Assembly: GCA_038065355.1 (NCBI GenBank)
Contig: JBBTRC010000007.1
Span: 42,333 to 106,332, forward strand
Direction: 5' to 3'
DNA length: 64,000 bases
DNA from: Patescibacteria group bacterium
GTDB lineage: Bacteria; Patescibacteriota; Minisyncoccia; Phycocordibacterales; UBA918
Under the pieces are notes generated by a model. The model was not told where the DNA came from and searched no databases. It saw only the letters and a program-made list of their open reading frames with translations. Shown in pieces: positions 1-9,748 of the stretch. The stretch's first letter is position 1. Every line of letters starts with the position of its first letter. Both the position numbers and the translations under genes were made by a program.

Positions 1-15
1 TAGCAAGTACGGAGT

Positions 16-891
16 TTATCTAATGCCGCTCTCGCAGGCTATGGTTAAGTCTGTGAAAGAGTCTTTGTTAACTTCAAACATATCGTAAGCGCAGTACGGC
101 AAAATATTGGCGGCCGCGGCCGAACGGATGGCGTACTCTCCGGGCGGCAGATCAACGGAGAATGTGCCGTCAGCTGCCGAACTGAACTCCTTGATGACCT
201 GCGACTGGTCGCTCGTCGTCACGACGAGTTTTGTTTGATAGGGTCGGTCGGCACACTGCGGGTCGGGCGGGTCAGAAACAACTGGACAGGTAGGTCCAAG
301 TAGTACGGTGCCTTTTATGCCGCTTCGGCCATCTGTTGTATTTTCTGCAAGGTCGGTGAAGGTTTCGGCAATCTGATCGATGATGACGTCGATAGCAAAC
401 GTTGCTCGTTCTGCTTCACAGGTTTTTCGCTCGACCCCGTCATAATTACCGCACTGTGTCACCTGCGTGCTGAAGGTGAGAATGACGGTGGAGTCGTCGT
501 GGGGAAACGCATACGCATACTGGGTGTAGATACTGCCTGCCGCACCCTCAACCACACTGGTGCGGCAATACTCGCGACTGCCTATGAGCCGACGTTCCGT
601 CCGGCCGGCTCGGACGGAGTCCTCGCCGGCCTCCACACAGGCAAAAGGTTCGCTGAGCACTTGCGCGTGCGGCGGCCAGTCAATCGCACGCTGGTATTTT
701 GTCGGCAACACTTCGGGGTAGCGAAAGGTAATTCTTTGGATGTAGTCGGAGTAGGTCAGCCAATCGTTATGTTCCTCGATGTCTGGCGGAGGGGGAACGG
801 TCGTTACTGAATCCTTTCCCCCGAGCCAATACACCGCCGCGGCCACAATGGCGGGGATTATTATAAAGATGACAACAAAACGCTTTTTCAT
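16..891 (-). CDS. Membrane-anchored or exported Cys-containing hypothetical protein with C-terminal carboxypeptidase-regulatory-like (prealbumin-like) domain
   Basis: N-terminal MKKR plus hydrophobic helix; GIKGTVLLGPTCPV...DGTFSVDLPPGEY C-terminal pattern; start moved to ATG 891, 8 nt after TGCTACAAA. Confidence 0.6.
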   Translation of the reverse strand: MKKRFVVIFIIIPAIVAAAVYWLGGKDSVTTVPPPPDIEEHNDWLTYSDYIQRITFRYPEVLPTKYQRAIDWPPHAQVLSEPFACVEAGEDSVRAGRTERRLIGSREYCRTSVVEGAAGSIYTQYAYAFPHDDSTVILTFSTQVTQCGNYDGVERKTCEAERATFAIDVIIDQIAETFTDLAENTTDGRSGIKGTVLLGPTCPVVSDPPDPQCADRPYQTKLVVTTSDQSQVIKEFSSAADGTFSVDLPPGEYAIRSAAAANILPYCAYDMFEVNKDSFTDLTIACESGIR

Positions 892-1067
892 AATGGAAGT
901 TTGTAGCACATTATCTCAGTGTTACTGTAGCTCCGACGCAACAAATGCACAAGTCAAACCATTTAATTTTCTACACGAGTTTAATCCCAAAAACCTGTCA
1001 CATTTGAATCTTATGCGGACTATGTTACCCTCTTTGCAGACGTTTTTTAACTTGAGAGAGGTGAGTC

Positions 1068-1601
1068 ATGTACGCAAAGCGCGGACTGGAAGACCTGCAA
1101 CCAAACGGTATCTCTGCCAACAGCTTTGAAGAGTTGGCCGACATTGCGGTTGCCGATTTAAAGAGACAAGGCCGAAGCGGCATCGTGTGCGGCCCCATCA
1201 CGACCGGTGGCACGGGCGTGCAGAAATATAATTTCCAAATCTTCAACGCCACCATCAAAGGCCTAGAAACGAACGGCGTCGCCATGTTTAGCCAGATGCC
1301 CTATGAATTTGGCATTCGTCGGTTGACAGTGGAGTGGCACAAACACAACTCCGGCTACTGCGAGCCGATTCTTGAAGTCTTTTACGCCGCATTGCTTGAG
1401 AGCGGACTGATTGACTCCGGACATTTTCTGCCGGGGTGGGCGTCTTCTTATGGGGCACGCTACGAACGAGAGAAACTGGCCACACTCAAAGTGCCAATTC
1501 TTGACGTAGATTTCGAGACGCTCACTGGTTTTGTCGAAGATGAGCACGGCGCTACGCACGCCAAGCACGTGCTTTCGCTTCTGCGACAAAATTGCACCTG
1601 A
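1068..1601 (+). CDS. DUF4406 / nucleoside deoxyribosyltransferase-like fold protein
   Basis: IVCGPITTGG and FLPGWASSYGARYE motifs; SD GAGAGGTG; own terminator. Confidence 0.55.
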   Translation: MYAKRGLEDLQPNGISANSFEELADIAVADLKRQGRSGIVCGPITTGGTGVQKYNFQIFNATIKGLETNGVAMFSQMPYEFGIRRLTVEWHKHNSGYCEPILEVFYAALLESGLIDSGHFLPGWASSYGARYEREKLATLKVPILDVDFETLTGFVEDEHGATHAKHVLSLLRQNCT

Positions 1602-1614
1602 CAACGAATATACG

Positions 1615-1641
1615 AAAGAGCGTCTCGCGACGCTCTTTTTT
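1615..1641 (+). terminator. Intrinsic terminator
   Basis: AAAGAGCGTC-tcgc-GACGCTCTTT followed by T tract. Confidence 0.75.
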
Positions 1642-1723
1642 CGTGAACTTGACTTCCCATACTTACAATGTACTGTAGTGGCGATTAGCTCTTTACCATA
1701 ACAACAACTCGAAAGGAGATCCC

Positions 1724-3145
1724 GTGGACGCAAAACAAGCTCTTTATCATGCCTCGGAAATGTGGCACAAATTGGCCATCCCGACGTTAGTGGAGTACAT
1801 CAAAATTCCCAACACATCTTCCGATTTCGATCCGAAGTGGAAAGAGAACGGCCACATGGATAAAGTTGTCGACCTCTTCATGACGTGGGCGAAAGATCAA
1901 CCGATTCCCGGCCTTGTTGTCGAACGGTTTGACCTGCCGGAGCGTACCCCGATTATTTTTATGGAAATTCCTCCCTCCGGGGAGGACGTCGGCACAGTCT
2001 TACTCTACGGCCACCTCGACAAACAGCCGGAAATGACCGGTTGGCGAGAGGGGCTCGGTCCGTGGCAACCGGTTCTCGAGGGAGACCGCCTCTATGGGCG
2101 TGGCGGCGCTGACGATGGCTACGCTATGTTTGCGTCGCTCATCGCGGTGCGATTGCTGCTCGAGCAAGGATTACCGCATAGCCGGATTGTGATCATCATC
2201 GAAGCCTCGGAAGAAAGCGGCAGTCCAGACTTGCCGGCGCACGTCGAAGCAATCAAAGATCGCATCGGCGATGTCGAGCTCGTCATTTGCCTTGATTCCG
2301 GTTGCGGCGACTATGAGCGGCTGTGGCAAACGACCTCACTTCGCGGCGTCTGCACCGGAGATCTCACCGTCAAAGTCTTGACGGAAGGTGTACATTCTGG
2401 CGACGCCGGCGGCATTGTCCCCGACAGCGCGCTGTTGGCTTTTTCTCAAATAATGCGGGTGTGCAGATCCACTGGTTTAATCCATCATCAAGAATTCTAT
2501 GTGGATATACCAGCGGATAGGCGAAGACAAGCCAAGGAAACAGGGGAAATATTAGGGAATGCTGTGTATGACAAATTTCCCTGGGTACCAGGCTGTCACC
2601 CTTCTTCCAGACTTGTTCCAGAAGAATTGATCCTTCGTCGCACTTGGTGCCCAACACTCACCCATATTGGTGTAGACGGATTCCCGTCTACGCTCGCTGA
2701 AGCTGGCAACGTCATGCGGCCATACACGACGCTACGACTTTCAGTGCGGACGCCGCCGACTTTGGATGCCAAAAAAGCGCTTGGCATCCTGCAACAGGTA
2801 CTTGGTAAAACTTTACCCGAAGAGACTGAGGCGCAGATCACATTCACTCCCGGCCATGCCGCGAATGGTTGGAATGCACCACCCACAGTTCCATGGCTCG
2901 AAGAAAGCATCAACGACGCTTCACTGAAATTCTTCGGAAAACCAGCGGCGGCGATGGGGGAGGGCGGGACTATTCCGTTCATGGGCATGCTAGGCGAACA
3001 GTTTCCTGAAGCCTGGTTCCTTGTCACCGGCGTGCTCGGTCGCGAATCAAACGCGCACGGTCCGAACGAGTTCTTGCACATTCCGACCGCGATCAATCTC
3101 ACGGCCTGCGTGGCGAAAGTATTGACCGACCACGCCAGTCGCTAA
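1724..3145 (+). CDS. M20 family metallopeptidase (dipeptidase)
   Basis: LLYGHLDKQP, LYGRGGADDG, EASEESGS and NAHGPNE motifs; GTG start with SD AAAGGAG. Confidence 0.92.
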   Translation: MDAKQALYHASEMWHKLAIPTLVEYIKIPNTSSDFDPKWKENGHMDKVVDLFMTWAKDQPIPGLVVERFDLPERTPIIFMEIPPSGEDVGTVLLYGHLDKQPEMTGWREGLGPWQPVLEGDRLYGRGGADDGYAMFASLIAVRLLLEQGLPHSRIVIIIEASEESGSPDLPAHVEAIKDRIGDVELVICLDSGCGDYERLWQTTSLRGVCTGDLTVKVLTEGVHSGDAGGIVPDSALLAFSQIMRVCRSTGLIHHQEFYVDIPADRRRQAKETGEILGNAVYDKFPWVPGCHPSSRLVPEELILRRTWCPTLTHIGVDGFPSTLAEAGNVMRPYTTLRLSVRTPPTLDAKKALGILQQVLGKTLPEETEAQITFTPGHAANGWNAPPTVPWLEESINDASLKFFGKPAAAMGEGGTIPFMGMLGEQFPEAWFLVTGVLGRESNAHGPNEFLHIPTAINLTACVAKVLTDHASR

Positions 3146-3168
3146 TTTGATTAGCGTCAATCGGCAAC

Positions 3169-3200
3169 CGCCGGAACCTTAGGGTTCCGGCGATTTTTTT
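3169..3200 (+). terminator. Intrinsic terminator between convergent genes
   Basis: CGCCGGAACC-ttag-GGTTCCGGCG followed by T7. Confidence 0.75.
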
Positions 3201-3219
3201 ACGAAATTTTAGTCCGATT

Positions 3220-5235
3220 TTACAAAGGTTTTAAAAATGTCGCGGCGCTCCAGCCGTCACTGCCAGTGTCGTAATCGACCTTCCACCAAGTGTAGCCGTT
3301 TGCAGTGACTGGCCCCTCTACAAGTGTGCCACTAGCGCCTGTTGCTTGCGTCCCTGTCACACTGCCACTGGCACTACTGCGCACGTTGAGCGGCCCTAAG
3401 GCCACCACCACCCGACTATTTTGCGTGAAGGTGCTCGCCGCTGTCGGCGTGACCACTGTACTAGCGCTCGCGAGAAACGACCCGGCGCACCAGCCGTCGG
3501 GGCCGTCCTTAAAGTCGACTTTCCACCAGGTGTAGCCATTGGCTACTACCGGTCCACCGACGATAACACCTGTCGCACTGGTTGGTTGGGTTCCAAGCAC
3601 TCCGCCCCCGGCGCTGCTACGGATATTGAGCGGCCCGTCAGTCACTACCGCGCTGCTGCCGGACGAAAGTTCCGACACTGGAGTGACGGCGGGTACCGAA
3701 GTGCCGACTGAGGCAAGCGCAGTGAGTTGCGTATAAAAAGCGGCGTTTCCACTGTTCACGGCTGAATCAAGCGAATTTTTGGCCGGAAAGTTTGTCGACT
3801 TGGTGATACCGCCGAGCGCAATAATGCCGTTTTCGCTCGCGAACGAGGCGCGCGCGGAGTCTGTTCCGCCGCCGCCCACGAAGCTACCGTAGGTCACTTT
3901 GGTCAGGTCGCGATTGAGTTTGACGATAAATGCATCCGACGCTCCGCCGATACTGGTATCGAGAGCATCTTTGGTGACGGGGAAGTTAGGTGAGCCGGTG
4001 TTGCCCGAGATCACTATTTCGCCGGTCGTTTCGAGAAAGGTAGTTCCTTCGCCTTCGTCACGTTTAGTGCCGCCGACGTACGTAGAGGCGACCAACGTCC
4101 GACCGTCTGGAGAAAGCTTGGCAACGTAAGCATCTCCCGTTCCGTTGTTTGCACTTTGGAAAGTGCGTTGAAGGGCTCCTTTGGTGGTGGGAAAGTTGCT
4201 CGAGGTGGTGTAGCCAGTCACATAGGCGTAGCCGAGTGCGTCGACCGCCATTGAATGTGTTTCAAGATCTTCGACCCCAGTACCGCCGAGGTACGTCGCA
4301 TAGAGCAGTTTGCCATTTGCGTTGAATTTTGCGACGACGGTGTCAGCATTACCAGCACGTTTTGTTTGGTACGCGCCAGCGGTAACCGGAAAGTCGTCGG
4401 CATCACTCACGCTGGCGAAGTACACGTCGCCGGTTGGGGCCACCCGAATAGTTGGTTTGCCGGAGTTTTGTCCACTGCCTGAAATGTACGTTGCGTAAAG
4501 AATCTTTGTACCATCGGATGAGAGCTTGGCGTAAATAGTGTTTTGTCCGCCTGGGTGTTTCTTTTGAGCAGCATCAGCCGTAATGAATGAGACTGCGGTA
4601 CTCGATTGGCCAATCGCCAAATGAACCACGTCGTTCTTATCAATATCAATATCTCGGACTACGGTCTGGCGCGCTTCGCCAATATACGTAGACCATTTGA
4701 GCGTACCGGTCGAAGAAAATTTGGCCACAAATCCATTTTGCAAACCGTAGGCGCCGAGCGTGGAGTCGCTGTTGTTTATGAAGTTTTTTTGCGTGACTCC
4801 GGCGGTGGTGGGGAATTGTTCACCGGCTCGGCCGGCGACGTAGACATCACCATGAGGGCCGAGTTCGAGCGCATAGGCGCGATCGTAGTTTGGCCCGCCG
4901 AGGAGCGTAGACCATACTAAGTCGCCCTTCGAGTCAAATTTCATGAGGAAAACGTCCATCGGGCCGTTGGTGCCGAGGGATTTGCCACTGGTACCAAAAG
5001 TGCGGTCGTAAGCTCCGACGGTGGTCGGAAAGTCTGCCGACGCTGTACCCCCGGTTACGTAGATATTGCCTTTCGCATCAATCTCAATATCGCGTGCCTG
5101 CTCCGCGTCGGTTTTAAAGGTGCTCGTACCGTCGAGAATACTGCTACTCTTGAGCGAGTAGCTGGCCAAAGCGTGGAGCGGACTGGCGCTCATAAGAAAT
5201 GCCGTCACGAGGAGGAAAGTAGCGATATTTTTCAT
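3220..5235 (-). CDS. Secreted SBBP beta-propeller repeat protein with two C-terminal SH3b-like domains
   Basis: Signal peptide; repeated GNIYVTGxTxSxxFPTT / DAFxxK / YxTYLGG units; two LNxRSSA...NGYTWWKVD...GW repeats. Confidence 0.82.
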   Translation of the reverse strand: MKNIATFLLVTAFLMSASPLHALASYSLKSSSILDGTSTFKTDAEQARDIEIDAKGNIYVTGGTASADFPTTVGAYDRTFGTSGKSLGTNGPMDVFLMKFDSKGDLVWSTLLGGPNYDRAYALELGPHGDVYVAGRAGEQFPTTAGVTQKNFINNSDSTLGAYGLQNGFVAKFSSTGTLKWSTYIGEARQTVVRDIDIDKNDVVHLAIGQSSTAVSFITADAAQKKHPGGQNTIYAKLSSDGTKILYATYISGSGQNSGKPTIRVAPTGDVYFASVSDADDFPVTAGAYQTKRAGNADTVVAKFNANGKLLYATYLGGTGVEDLETHSMAVDALGYAYVTGYTTSSNFPTTKGALQRTFQSANNGTGDAYVAKLSPDGRTLVASTYVGGTKRDEGEGTTFLETTGEIVISGNTGSPNFPVTKDALDTSIGGASDAFIVKLNRDLTKVTYGSFVGGGGTDSARASFASENGIIALGGITKSTNFPAKNSLDSAVNSGNAAFYTQLTALASVGTSVPAVTPVSELSSGSSAVVTDGPLNIRSSAGGGVLGTQPTSATGVIVGGPVVANGYTWWKVDFKDGPDGWCAGSFLASASTVVTPTAASTFTQNSRVVVALGPLNVRSSASGSVTGTQATGASGTLVEGPVTANGYTWWKVDYDTGSDGWSAATFLKPL

Positions 5236-5318
5236 ACTGTTCATTTTGTCCAATAAAATAAGGGTTATAAGTAAGCCCATACTCTTAATAGCAAATATAC
5301 CATACATTGTGGATAAAC

Positions 5319-5347
5319 TTGACATTTATACTAAAGTGGTGTATCAT
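5319..5347 (+). promoter_or_regulatory. Sigma70-type promoter for a small ORF
   Basis: TTGACA-17 bp-TATCAT. Confidence 0.7.
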
Positions 5348-5373
5348 GAGAGGAGGTAAACAGAGGGCTTGAT

Positions 5374-5478
5374 ATGCCAACGAAAACCGACTGGGTAACT
5401 GATTCAAAACGCCTCAACCGGAACGTTTGGCTAGTCGCCATCGCGTTCCTTCTCTTGCTGGCAATTTTTAGCCAGTAA
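5374..5478 (+). CDS. 34-aa single-TM microprotein (absent from ORF track)
   Basis: MPTKTDWVTDSKRLNRNVWLVAIAFLLLLAIFSQ*; own promoter, GAGGG SD and terminator at about 5477-5518. Confidence 0.6.
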   Translation: MPTKTDWVTDSKRLNRNVWLVAIAFLLLLAIFSQ

Positions 5479-5525
5479 CCGCCTAAAGGGGAAACCTCCT
5501 TCGGGCGGTTTTCTTTTTGCCTACC

Positions 5526-6833
5526 TCACACAATTTTTTTGCGAGTGAGGTGTTCGGTGTAGACACTTTCTTTACGCAGAGAGTAAGAAAGTAGGTACGA
5601 GGTGAACGCGGCAACGATGACGGCGGGCACGATTAGGCCTTCGCCGGTGATTTCAAACATGATAAATAGTGCCGTAAATGGTGCGTGTGTAATGCCAGCA
5701 AAGACCGCGGCCATACCAACCAAGGCAAAGGTAGTGATACTATCAGCGGTACCAAAACCAAATGACCCGAGCGTAAGCGCAAAACTATTTCCGAGCAAGG
5801 TGCCGATGAGGAGCGCGGGAGCGAAGACACCACCTGATCCGCCTGAACCAAGCGTGATGCCGGTCGCGAACATTTTTGCAAAGAGTAACAGCACCATAAA
5901 TAGAAACGGCAGGGAGGATAGTGACAGCAGAGAACTCATGAGCGGGTACGCAGTTGGTTCGTGAATGTAGGGAACGTAGAGTCCGATGAGACCAATCAGC
6001 AGGCCACCGATAGTCGGAGGAATGACGTGAGGCACACGCCAGTGGTGAAACAGGAGCGCCGATCGGTGCAAGATAAAACCAAATAGCAGTGAGATACCGG
6101 CCGCGACGATGCCAAGGACGAGACTAAGGAGTAGGGTTGTGAGGGTGGTGTCGATTTCGTGAGGGAGAGTGAACCGAAGTCCGGGGTAGCCAAGCATACG
6201 CTTGGTGGCCTCGGCCGAGGTAAAGGCGGCGATGATGAGTACCACCAGACTGGTGCGGTCAATTCGTTTTAAGATAAGTTCGGTACTGAATAAGATACCG
6301 GCGAGCGGCGCGCCAAAGGTACCGGCGATGCCCGCCGCCGCACCCGCTCCTAAAAGGAGGCGGGTGCGGCTCTCATCTTGCTTAAATAATTGCCCAATCG
6401 CCGAACCAATCGCCGATCCGATCTGCACGGTCGGCCCTTCGCGTCCGGCCGAACCGCCCGAACCAAGCGTGATGGCGGTGGTGAGGATTTTAATCGGCGC
6501 GATCAGGGCGCGTATTTTGCTGTGTCGGAAGGCGACCGCTTTCATCACTTCTGGCACACCCTCACCCTCGGCCTCGGTGAGTTTTATAAAGGTAAAAATC
6601 AGGCCGACGAGGAAGCCGCCGGCGGTGGGAATAAGCACGCGTTTCCAGTCGGGCAGGGAGGCGAGGTTGCTCGCAAAATCGGCGTCACTCGGAATCTGAA
6701 AAAATATCCAGGTGCTGAACTCAATAAGGAGGTGGAATATGGTCGCACCTATAGCGGCGACGATGCCAGTTGCGACCGCCAGTAGCAAAAGGCTTACGAT
6801 TCCGTGCCTGCTCCAAGTGGTAAATTGACCCAT
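5526..6833 (-). CDS. CLC family chloride channel/transporter
   Basis: GEGVPEV, GGSAGREGP and GGSGGVFAP signature motifs; many TM helices; start ATG 6833. Confidence 0.9.
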   Translation of the reverse strand: MGQFTTWSRHGIVSLLLLAVATGIVAAIGATIFHLLIEFSTWIFFQIPSDADFASNLASLPDWKRVLIPTAGGFLVGLIFTFIKLTEAEGEGVPEVMKAVAFRHSKIRALIAPIKILTTAITLGSGGSAGREGPTVQIGSAIGSAIGQLFKQDESRTRLLLGAGAAAGIAGTFGAPLAGILFSTELILKRIDRTSLVVLIIAAFTSAEATKRMLGYPGLRFTLPHEIDTTLTTLLLSLVLGIVAAGISLLFGFILHRSALLFHHWRVPHVIPPTIGGLLIGLIGLYVPYIHEPTAYPLMSSLLSLSSLPFLFMVLLLFAKMFATGITLGSGGSGGVFAPALLIGTLLGNSFALTLGSFGFGTADSITTFALVGMAAVFAGITHAPFTALFIMFEITGEGLIVPAVIVAAFTSYLLSYSLRKESVYTEHLTRKKIV

Positions 6834-6945
6834 GCAGATACATTGTAGTACACCAATTTGGCGTCCGTTACAGAAAGCTGGTACAGCTCTTGCTCTAATC
6901 ATTACACGTGATACTATCGCCGTAGAAGTTAGAAAGGATATCACG

Positions 6946-7800
6946 ATGAACCCTTTGACCCTTGATCCGCTGCCGACCACGGATGCGGAGTGGGAGGCGA
7001 CTGGGTTTTTTAGATTCAATTCCGTCGACATTCCGCAAAAAATAAGTTACGCACGCACAGTCGGAAACCATTCAACTCTGTTGGCTATGGTGGGCGGCAT
7101 ACCTCGTGACCCGAACAGGCGCGCTATCTTACCAGTAGTTCCTAAATTGTTTGGCCTGCTCGCGTATGAGCTTCAGTCCGAAGAGCACACCAGCCTGTTG
7201 TACCACCAGCCGGGCCTCGGTGCGTCGGGCGGGGACTTTGCTACCGAAACACTTGCCTCACGAGCGCGAACGCTCACTGAGCTTGTAAAGATCTTTGAAT
7301 GCGAGACAAAGTCGTCGCAAGCAATTATTTTTGGATCGAGTGCCGGCGCGTATATGGCATTACGCGCAGCTCGACGATTGCAGTTTGATGGGGCAGTCGT
7401 ACCAAAAGTGGTATTGTTGGCACCGCCAGCTTTTCCTCCGACGATCGACAGTGTGCCCTATGGCCCGGAATTCACGAAGATTGTACGGACTCCGTGGGAT
7501 TTTGCCACCGCACCGATCTTTGACGACTTAGTTGCGTATGTCGAATCTGGCGGATCGGTACTGGTAGTGTATGCCGAGTACGACGAAAACATTCCTCGAA
7601 AAATTCAACAACTGTATCAATCACATGTGGTGCGGTTGCGCGAGCAAGGGAAACCGGTTGCGTACTGGCGCATTCCCGGCGTGACACATTACCTCCGACC
7701 ACCTGATGGAACGGTAGGATACGCTGAATCAAACGACGGGTGCGTGAGAACGGTGGTGTCAAAATTGCGTGACTTCATCACTGGGAAGAATTCTTTCTAA
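6946..7800 (+). CDS. Alpha/beta hydrolase fold protein
   Basis: GSSAG nucleophile elbow, YAEYDENIP and GVTH; SD AAAGGA; promoter TTGCTC-16-TACTAT; terminator 7801-7829. Confidence 0.75.
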   Translation: MNPLTLDPLPTTDAEWEATGFFRFNSVDIPQKISYARTVGNHSTLLAMVGGIPRDPNRRAILPVVPKLFGLLAYELQSEEHTSLLYHQPGLGASGGDFATETLASRARTLTELVKIFECETKSSQAIIFGSSAGAYMALRAARRLQFDGAVVPKVVLLAPPAFPPTIDSVPYGPEFTKIVRTPWDFATAPIFDDLVAYVESGGSVLVVYAEYDENIPRKIQQLYQSHVVRLREQGKPVAYWRIPGVTHYLRPPDGTVGYAESNDGCVRTVVSKLRDFITGKNSF

Positions 7801-7909
7801 GCTCGGCCGCTTTGCGGCCGGGCATTTTTATTATTTTTAGCCATGAAAGCTGGGGATAGACAGTCCGTAGTATACTAATAGAGGTTATTAAATAAATAGG
7901 TAAGCGACC

Positions 7910-8218
7910 ATGTTAACGCTTTATTATAAGGAGACGTGTGTGCACAGCCGCCGAGTAATGCAAGTGGCAAAAGCGCTCAACGTTCCACTCGAGCTTAAAG
8001 ACATTTTTGCTGACGAAGCGACGCTCGCAGAGTTATTGGAAAAAGGTGGCAAAAAGCAGACACCTTTTTTGGTCGATGACGCCAAAAATGTTTCGATGTA
8101 CGAATCGGAGGACATCATCGACTATATCCGTGCCCACTATGCCAGCGCCTCGGCGGTCGCAACCGCGAAGCCTCGAATGCACATCAGCGACGCGGTCTGC
8201 GAATCGTGCGAGGGGTAA
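7910..8218 (+). CDS. Glutaredoxin / GST-N-like protein with C-terminal CxxC tail
   Basis: LYYKETCVHS, GGKKQTPFL and MYESEDII motifs; ends in CESCEG. Confidence 0.8.
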   Translation: MLTLYYKETCVHSRRVMQVAKALNVPLELKDIFADEATLAELLEKGGKKQTPFLVDDAKNVSMYESEDIIDYIRAHYASASAVATAKPRMHISDAVCESCEG

Positions 8219-8221
8219 GAC

Positions 8222-8461
8222 ATGTATGTGAAAGTGCGGGTCTATCCCGGCATGAAAAAAGAAAAGGTAACTGAAATCGGCCCGCATCACTACGAGTGCA
8301 TCCTCAAGGCGCCGGCAAAGCGGAATCTCGCGAACGAACGCCTAAGGGAAATTATTGCTGATATCTACAAGGTGGCGCTACCGGCTGTGCGGATTGTCAC
8401 CGGGCACCGGTCTCCGAGTAAATTGCTTGAGGTCTCATTACCAACACATAAACCTAACTAA
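8222..8461 (+). CDS. DUF167 (YggU-like) protein
   Basis: VKVRVYPG...APAKRNLAN...IVTGHRSPSK pattern. Confidence 0.8.
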   Translation: MYVKVRVYPGMKKEKVTEIGPHHYECILKAPAKRNLANERLREIIADIYKVALPAVRIVTGHRSPSKLLEVSLPTHKPN

Positions 8462-8462
8462 T

Positions 8463-8831
8463 ATGACGTTTCCAACCATTATCTATAAATACAATGGTAT
8501 CTACAGTGGCGAGCAATTGGCAACGCTCACCGATCAAAAACTAGTTACGTTAGAAAAATTCATCAACGACGGAGTGATGGCCACTTGCGAAGTGGAGTTT
8601 GAGAAAGTGACCGCACAACAGCATGGCCAAATCTACCGCGTCGAAGCAAATCTTACCTTGGACGGCACCTTGTATCGGGCGGAAGCGGTGGAAGAAAGTT
8701 TCGAGAAAGCGATAGACGAAGTGCGGAATGAGCTTGATAAAGAATTACGACGGGCGAAAGACAAACAGACCTCGCTCTTAAAGCGAACTGGTCGGAAGAT
8801 CAAAGAGCAACTGCTCGGTTGGAGAAAGTAA
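8463..8831 (+). CDS. hpf: Ribosome hibernation factor (HPF/RaiA family)
   Basis: KLVTLEKF...YRVEANLTLDG...ESFEKAIDEV pattern. Confidence 0.8.
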   Translation: MTFPTIIYKYNGIYSGEQLATLTDQKLVTLEKFINDGVMATCEVEFEKVTAQQHGQIYRVEANLTLDGTLYRAEAVEESFEKAIDEVRNELDKELRRAKDKQTSLLKRTGRKIKEQLLGWRK

Positions 8832-8860
8832 TGAAAACCGATCTCAAATTGAGGTGAGCT

Positions 8861-9748
8861 CTACGAAATTGATTGTAGAAAGCGCGTGAAGTCCATTTCT
8901 TGTTTGCCAGCGGGGACAACGCGGAGGAGGCGGAGCTCGCCCGAGGGGGCGAGCTCCGCCTTTTTAATTTTTACCCGCTCGCCGTTGTAGAGAAAGTAGG
9001 CGTCACCGATTCCAAGGAGTGCATTGATGCGGCACAGTACTAGAAAGGCCGTGTCGCCAGCTGGTAGCGCGTGCGGGTTCAAATCGAGTAAAAAATCTTC
9101 CTTCGCAAATTTGCCCGTGTAGGTAGCGGCTTCATGCATTTGTTCTTGCGGCAATAGCTCACCGGCGAGCCACGCCGGCAGTGCGTCAGCGAGTAGTTCA
9201 CCACCCATTTTTGCGAGTGCACTATCAAGTTCCGGGCCGGGCACGGGCCAATTCTCGCTCGCTATTTCAAAGGGTGCTTGGTCGAGAATTGGCCCGTGGT
9301 CCATCTTCTCATCCATCAACATAATACTGATGCCGATCTCATCACGCTTGTTTTCTAAAATGGCAGTGCGGATAGGGCTTGGCCCCCGAAGTTTTGGCAA
9401 AAGCGACGGGTGTACGTTGAGCACACCGTGTTTCGGAATTTGGAGTAACCATTTCGGCAGTATGAAGTTGTACGCCACGACCACAAACACGCCCCACGCT
9501 TGTTCTGTGAGAGGAGTGAGAGCGGCTTTATCTTTGTATGAAGTCGGTTGAAATACATTAATCTGATGTGCCTCCGCCCATTCTTTTACCGGTGGCGGGG
9601 TGAGCTTTTGCCCGCGGCCGCTTGGCTTATCGGGACTGCAGACGATCAAATCCGGTTGTATATTTGCCGCCCTTAATTCTTCAAGCACAGAAACGCCAAG
9701 CGGCTCGCCGCCAAAAAAGACCATTGAGTGTCCACTAGGCGTTGGCAT
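8861..9748 (-). CDS. fmt: Methionyl-tRNA formyltransferase
   Basis: PDKPSGRGQKLTPPPVK, NVHPSLLPKLRGPSPI and MDHGPI motifs. Confidence 0.93.
   Translation of the reverse strand: MPTPSGHSMVFFGGEPLGVSVLEELRAANIQPDLIVCSPDKPSGRGQKLTPPPVKEWAEAHQINVFQPTSYKDKAALTPLTEQAWGVFVVVAYNFILPKWLLQIPKHGVLNVHPSLLPKLRGPSPIRTAILENKRDEIGISIMLMDEKMDHGPILDQAPFEIASENWPVPGPELDSALAKMGGELLADALPAWLAGELLPQEQMHEAATYTGKFAKEDFLLDLNPHALPAGDTAFLVLCRINALLGIGDAYFLYNGERVKIKKAELAPSGELRLLRVVPAGKQEMDFTRFLQSIS
8928..8972 (+). terminator. Terminator embedded in the antisense strand of fmt
   Basis: Perfect 15-bp stem AGGCGGAGCTCGCCC-gagg-GGGCGAGCTCCGCCT followed by TTTTAATTTTT. Confidence 0.6.

Noticed and set aside
5308-5316. Perfect DnaA box as a possible oriC
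   Set aside because: Single box, with no cluster, unwinding element or dnaA/dnaN nearby
6834-6945. Fluoride riboswitch upstream of the CLC gene
   Set aside because: No GGCGATGG...CGCC-type motif, and the gene appears leaderless
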